From: Hyphochytrium catenoides
Lineage: Eukaryota; Protista; Hyphochytriomycota
Reading direction: 5' to 3'
DNA length: 61,651 bases
Assembly: GCA_900088475.1 (NCBI GenBank)
Contig: FLMG01002395.1
Location: 1-61,651 of the forward strand
In this document: one piece after another, positions 58,657 through 61,651 of the stretch
Layout: each line of letters begins with the position of its first letter
Numbering within the stretch: the stretch's first letter is position 1
Translations under genes and position numbers: made by a program
The notes under the pieces: generated by a model
Seen by the model: only the letters and a program-made list of their open reading frames with translations
Database searches by the model: none
What the model was told of the DNA's origin: nothing

Positions 58657-61651
58657 GCGCTCAGGAAGATCGGTAGTTTCACTCTTTTGACCTTGCACAA
58701 TGAATAAAACTGACGGGGTAAATACTTGGAGTTTGGACCGGTGAGCCTCTGTTACTTGCTCTTTCCGAGTGATTGGGGACGTCAGCGGTCATAGCACCAT
58801 TAGCAAGCTAAAAAGCCGGCCGACCACGGTATTGGTAGGCTTCGGTCTCTAGATGGGTTGCAAGATCCTGCGTCTTGCCCTTTGCCACTTAAAGACAGGC
58901 ACAGACGGACCACTCAGAACCAAGACAGTAGAAGGCCCAGTCAACCTCTATCGTGGGTCGCCATTGCTTCTTGAATTTGGCTGACCTTGGAAGAGGTTTT
59001 TGCATATTGTCTCATTCAAGTGCGCTAGAAGTAGAGCTGAGTCACGGTGTTATAGATTTGATGTACTGGGTCAACTCTTGTTGAAGGCGATAACATGACA
59101 AGCAACCATGTAGGTGTGCTTACTGATTATGCAGAGGTGATTGCGAATCGGATGTACCCGGAGAAAGTGTTGGGGTCGCCTTCCAGGATAGCAAAATGGG
59201 TGGGGTGAGGACCATCTAACCCCGAATAGTTGTAAGTGCTATGAGGGCGTTCTCCAAGCGCCAACAAGTTACCATGGAAACAAAACCGCCTCGATAGCAG
59301 AGCTGATGGTTTAAGTTGTTGATGGCGTGATGTGGATGTTTGTCGTTCTGAAGCTTAGAGACTGCAAAGAGTAGTGGCTCGAAGAGCAATTATAGAACCA
59401 AATGCGAAGGGTGAAGAGCATTCTCAAGTTCTCACCTGAATTCAGCGAAATTGTTACATGGCGACGGTACTCGATAATGCCACGATCAAGGACACGCTTG
59501 TACTACCGAATACGCTTAAGGAGCGTTGCCTATGAATATGTATTACCATTCTACTTTAACGCGTGATGGCTACTGGGGACGGTATAGTGGGCACTTCTCT
59601 CCGCCTTCTAATCGTTCATTGTGAACATTGCTGTTGCGTACACTACGTCACAAGTAGAGTTGGAGCTCAATTCGATCAATGACTAAATGTCCAGGATGTC
59701 GATCAATACTTGAGAACGTAGGCAGTGAACAGGCTTTCCCAGTTAGGCGACCTGTTTCTCCGATGAATGCGGAGTTTGGATGTAGTGTACACCGCTAACT
59801 GTCTGGCGTCTACGGCCGGGAGCGATACCTTGGGCACTTCTCTCGGCCTCGGACCTCATATCATTATGAAATGACTGTAAGTATATAAAAGTTTCCAGCT
59901 ACTGTGTCTAATAATCAACCTGGGCGGACAGCAGATCTTGGAAGAGTAAGTGTAGGCACTACTTGCGAAGAGCTGAACTGTGGAGGCTTCTCTGGGACAT
60001 GAACCGAAAGAGCGAGTGTTCGGCCAAGCCCTGACTAGGATCTTGATTGACAAAGACCTATCCCTGATGGCCATAGGAATATTCTATTAGCTGAGACGGT
60101 CATATGCATTCACCAAATTGTGCGTTAGTAGGGCAGACTCTGTGGTAGATCAAGTGGGCGGTGACTAGCGGATCTCGCTATGCGCTCCTTTGCAGCTAGC
60201 TGAAACTCCTATTCCAGCAGAAGCAGATGCTTGTCGAACCTTGAGCCCGATCTTTTCTCCCATCCATCGGCCGACAGTGAGCAGTGACACTGCATCTGGA
60301 TCACACTCTGGCACTGCTTCTGAAGAAGCACTAACGTGACAAAGCAAGGCCGGTCTTTTCCATGCCCCTTTCCCTGCGTCGCCACGGTCAAGTGGTTTAT
60401 GTCGGCTCATACACGCATTGGGGACCCTTAGTGAGTTTGCCATTTACTGCGAGGAGAGAGCCAGACAAGAGAGAGAGAGAGAGAGGAATAGCAATGCAAC
60501 TATGACAGAAGAGCCATGGTCAGAAGTAAGCATCTGCAGTGGAATATCCGCAGTAATGACTGGACAAAAGTTTGAAGGTGGCGCCAAGTGCCGTCAGACC
60601 CGCCAGAAGAAGCGACATTGAAGTGACTCTTGGTGTGGGCATCACTGTGCAAACTGTGGCGGAACGGGGAAGAAGTTGATGAAGCATCTCGCTCAAACAT
60701 CTTTCCTGAAGATTCTTGGGCAGATTCGCTCTCAAGATTCGCACCTACTCGGGTTATTGCGTCAATACAAGGAGAGATCTGTCTGTAACTGCATAGTATG
60801 TAGAAAGCAGTGTTGATGAAATATATTAGAGGTAATAAAGTGACATTAAGGTTGAGATTAATGCGAAGGAGTCTGGTTGCATGAACGGGCTGTTTTGGGT
60901 TGGAGTGCGAGTTGAAGTCTTTCCCTACTTTGTCCGATCCGTCCTCACTGTCTCTTTATCTGACTCTATGACTCGATACAATCTGTCCTGTTTCTGTCGG
61001 TAAACTCTTCAATTTACACCTCTTTTGAATCTCCTGCGGTAGCTTTCTCGATACTCTTTCTTGCGTTCTTATGCTCTGTCTCTACAACCCATCCTTTGAT
61101 CATAAATGGATCTTCTCGCACCTTAGAACCCACCCACCCCTGCGAAGTCATTTTCACTCATAATTGTTGCCCATCACTTGCCTCCCACCCACCTTTCAAG
61201 CAACGAGCAGGCAGGATGGAGCCGGTGTTCTCTCTCTCCGAGTCCTTTCTCTTTCTCTCTTCTCTCTTCCCTTGCATCTGTCTCCTGGGGTTCTGTGCTT
61301 CCCGCTCTCGCCTCTCACCATAGAACTCTGTCTCTTCCAAATTCTTCTGTTCTCTATTCCCGCTCTGTCTTGTGTGTGTTGGAGGTGTCTCCCATCAAGA
61401 GGAGGAGGTGGAGGGGGAAGGGAGAGAAGAAAGACATCAAGGTCCCTGCCCTTTCATCATCATGCGAACAATGATGACACCAGCAGGTGGGTGGGGGCTA
61501 TAAGAAACTATGTCCTTAGAAGCAAAGCGGATGGGTGGGCGTTCAAAGAAGCTCCGAATGCTTTCTTCTCCTTCACTTTCCTTTCCCACCTTCCCTCTCC
61601 AGTAAGGTAAGGCAAGCCAGCGCCATTCCACATCGTGATCGTCCTTCCCCA

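Noticed and set aside
58700-61651. Possible decayed transposase or gene after RPL13A; tgggcacttctctc repeated at about 59588 and 59831
   Set aside because: No convincing motif chain. The short repeat and CT-rich ORFs are insufficient evidence.

Overview
Eukaryotic, intron-rich protist-like DNA with GT-AG introns; the taxon is not determinable with confidence. About 14 host genes are supported: SpoU methyltransferase, a secreted HAD-like protein, MnmE/GTPBP3, an ABCC transporter, a CaMK-type kinase, MIOX, a small hypothetical protein, a C2H2 zinc-finger protein, a TPR protein, SRP9, CTF18, SCYL2, an SLC30A9-like CDF transporter and RPL13A. They alternate strand almost throughout. Two accessory blocks stand out. 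(1) 1-6.3 kb is a decayed Polinton/Maverick-like element with an rve integrase, a frameshift-hidden protein-primed family-B polymerase, a viral-type HNH and palindromic repeats. A 1675-bp non-autonomous TIR element (about 52-bp TIRs, 4-bp ACAT duplication) carrying a broken multi-pass membrane gene is inserted in it. (2) About 33-40 kb is a heavily decayed non-LTR retrotransposon with an apparently unusual order: coiled coil, 2x Cys-rich, Myb-like and RNase H-like segments upstream of APE and RT. All calls come from manual translation and motif recognition; no searches were run, and exon boundaries are my own inferences.
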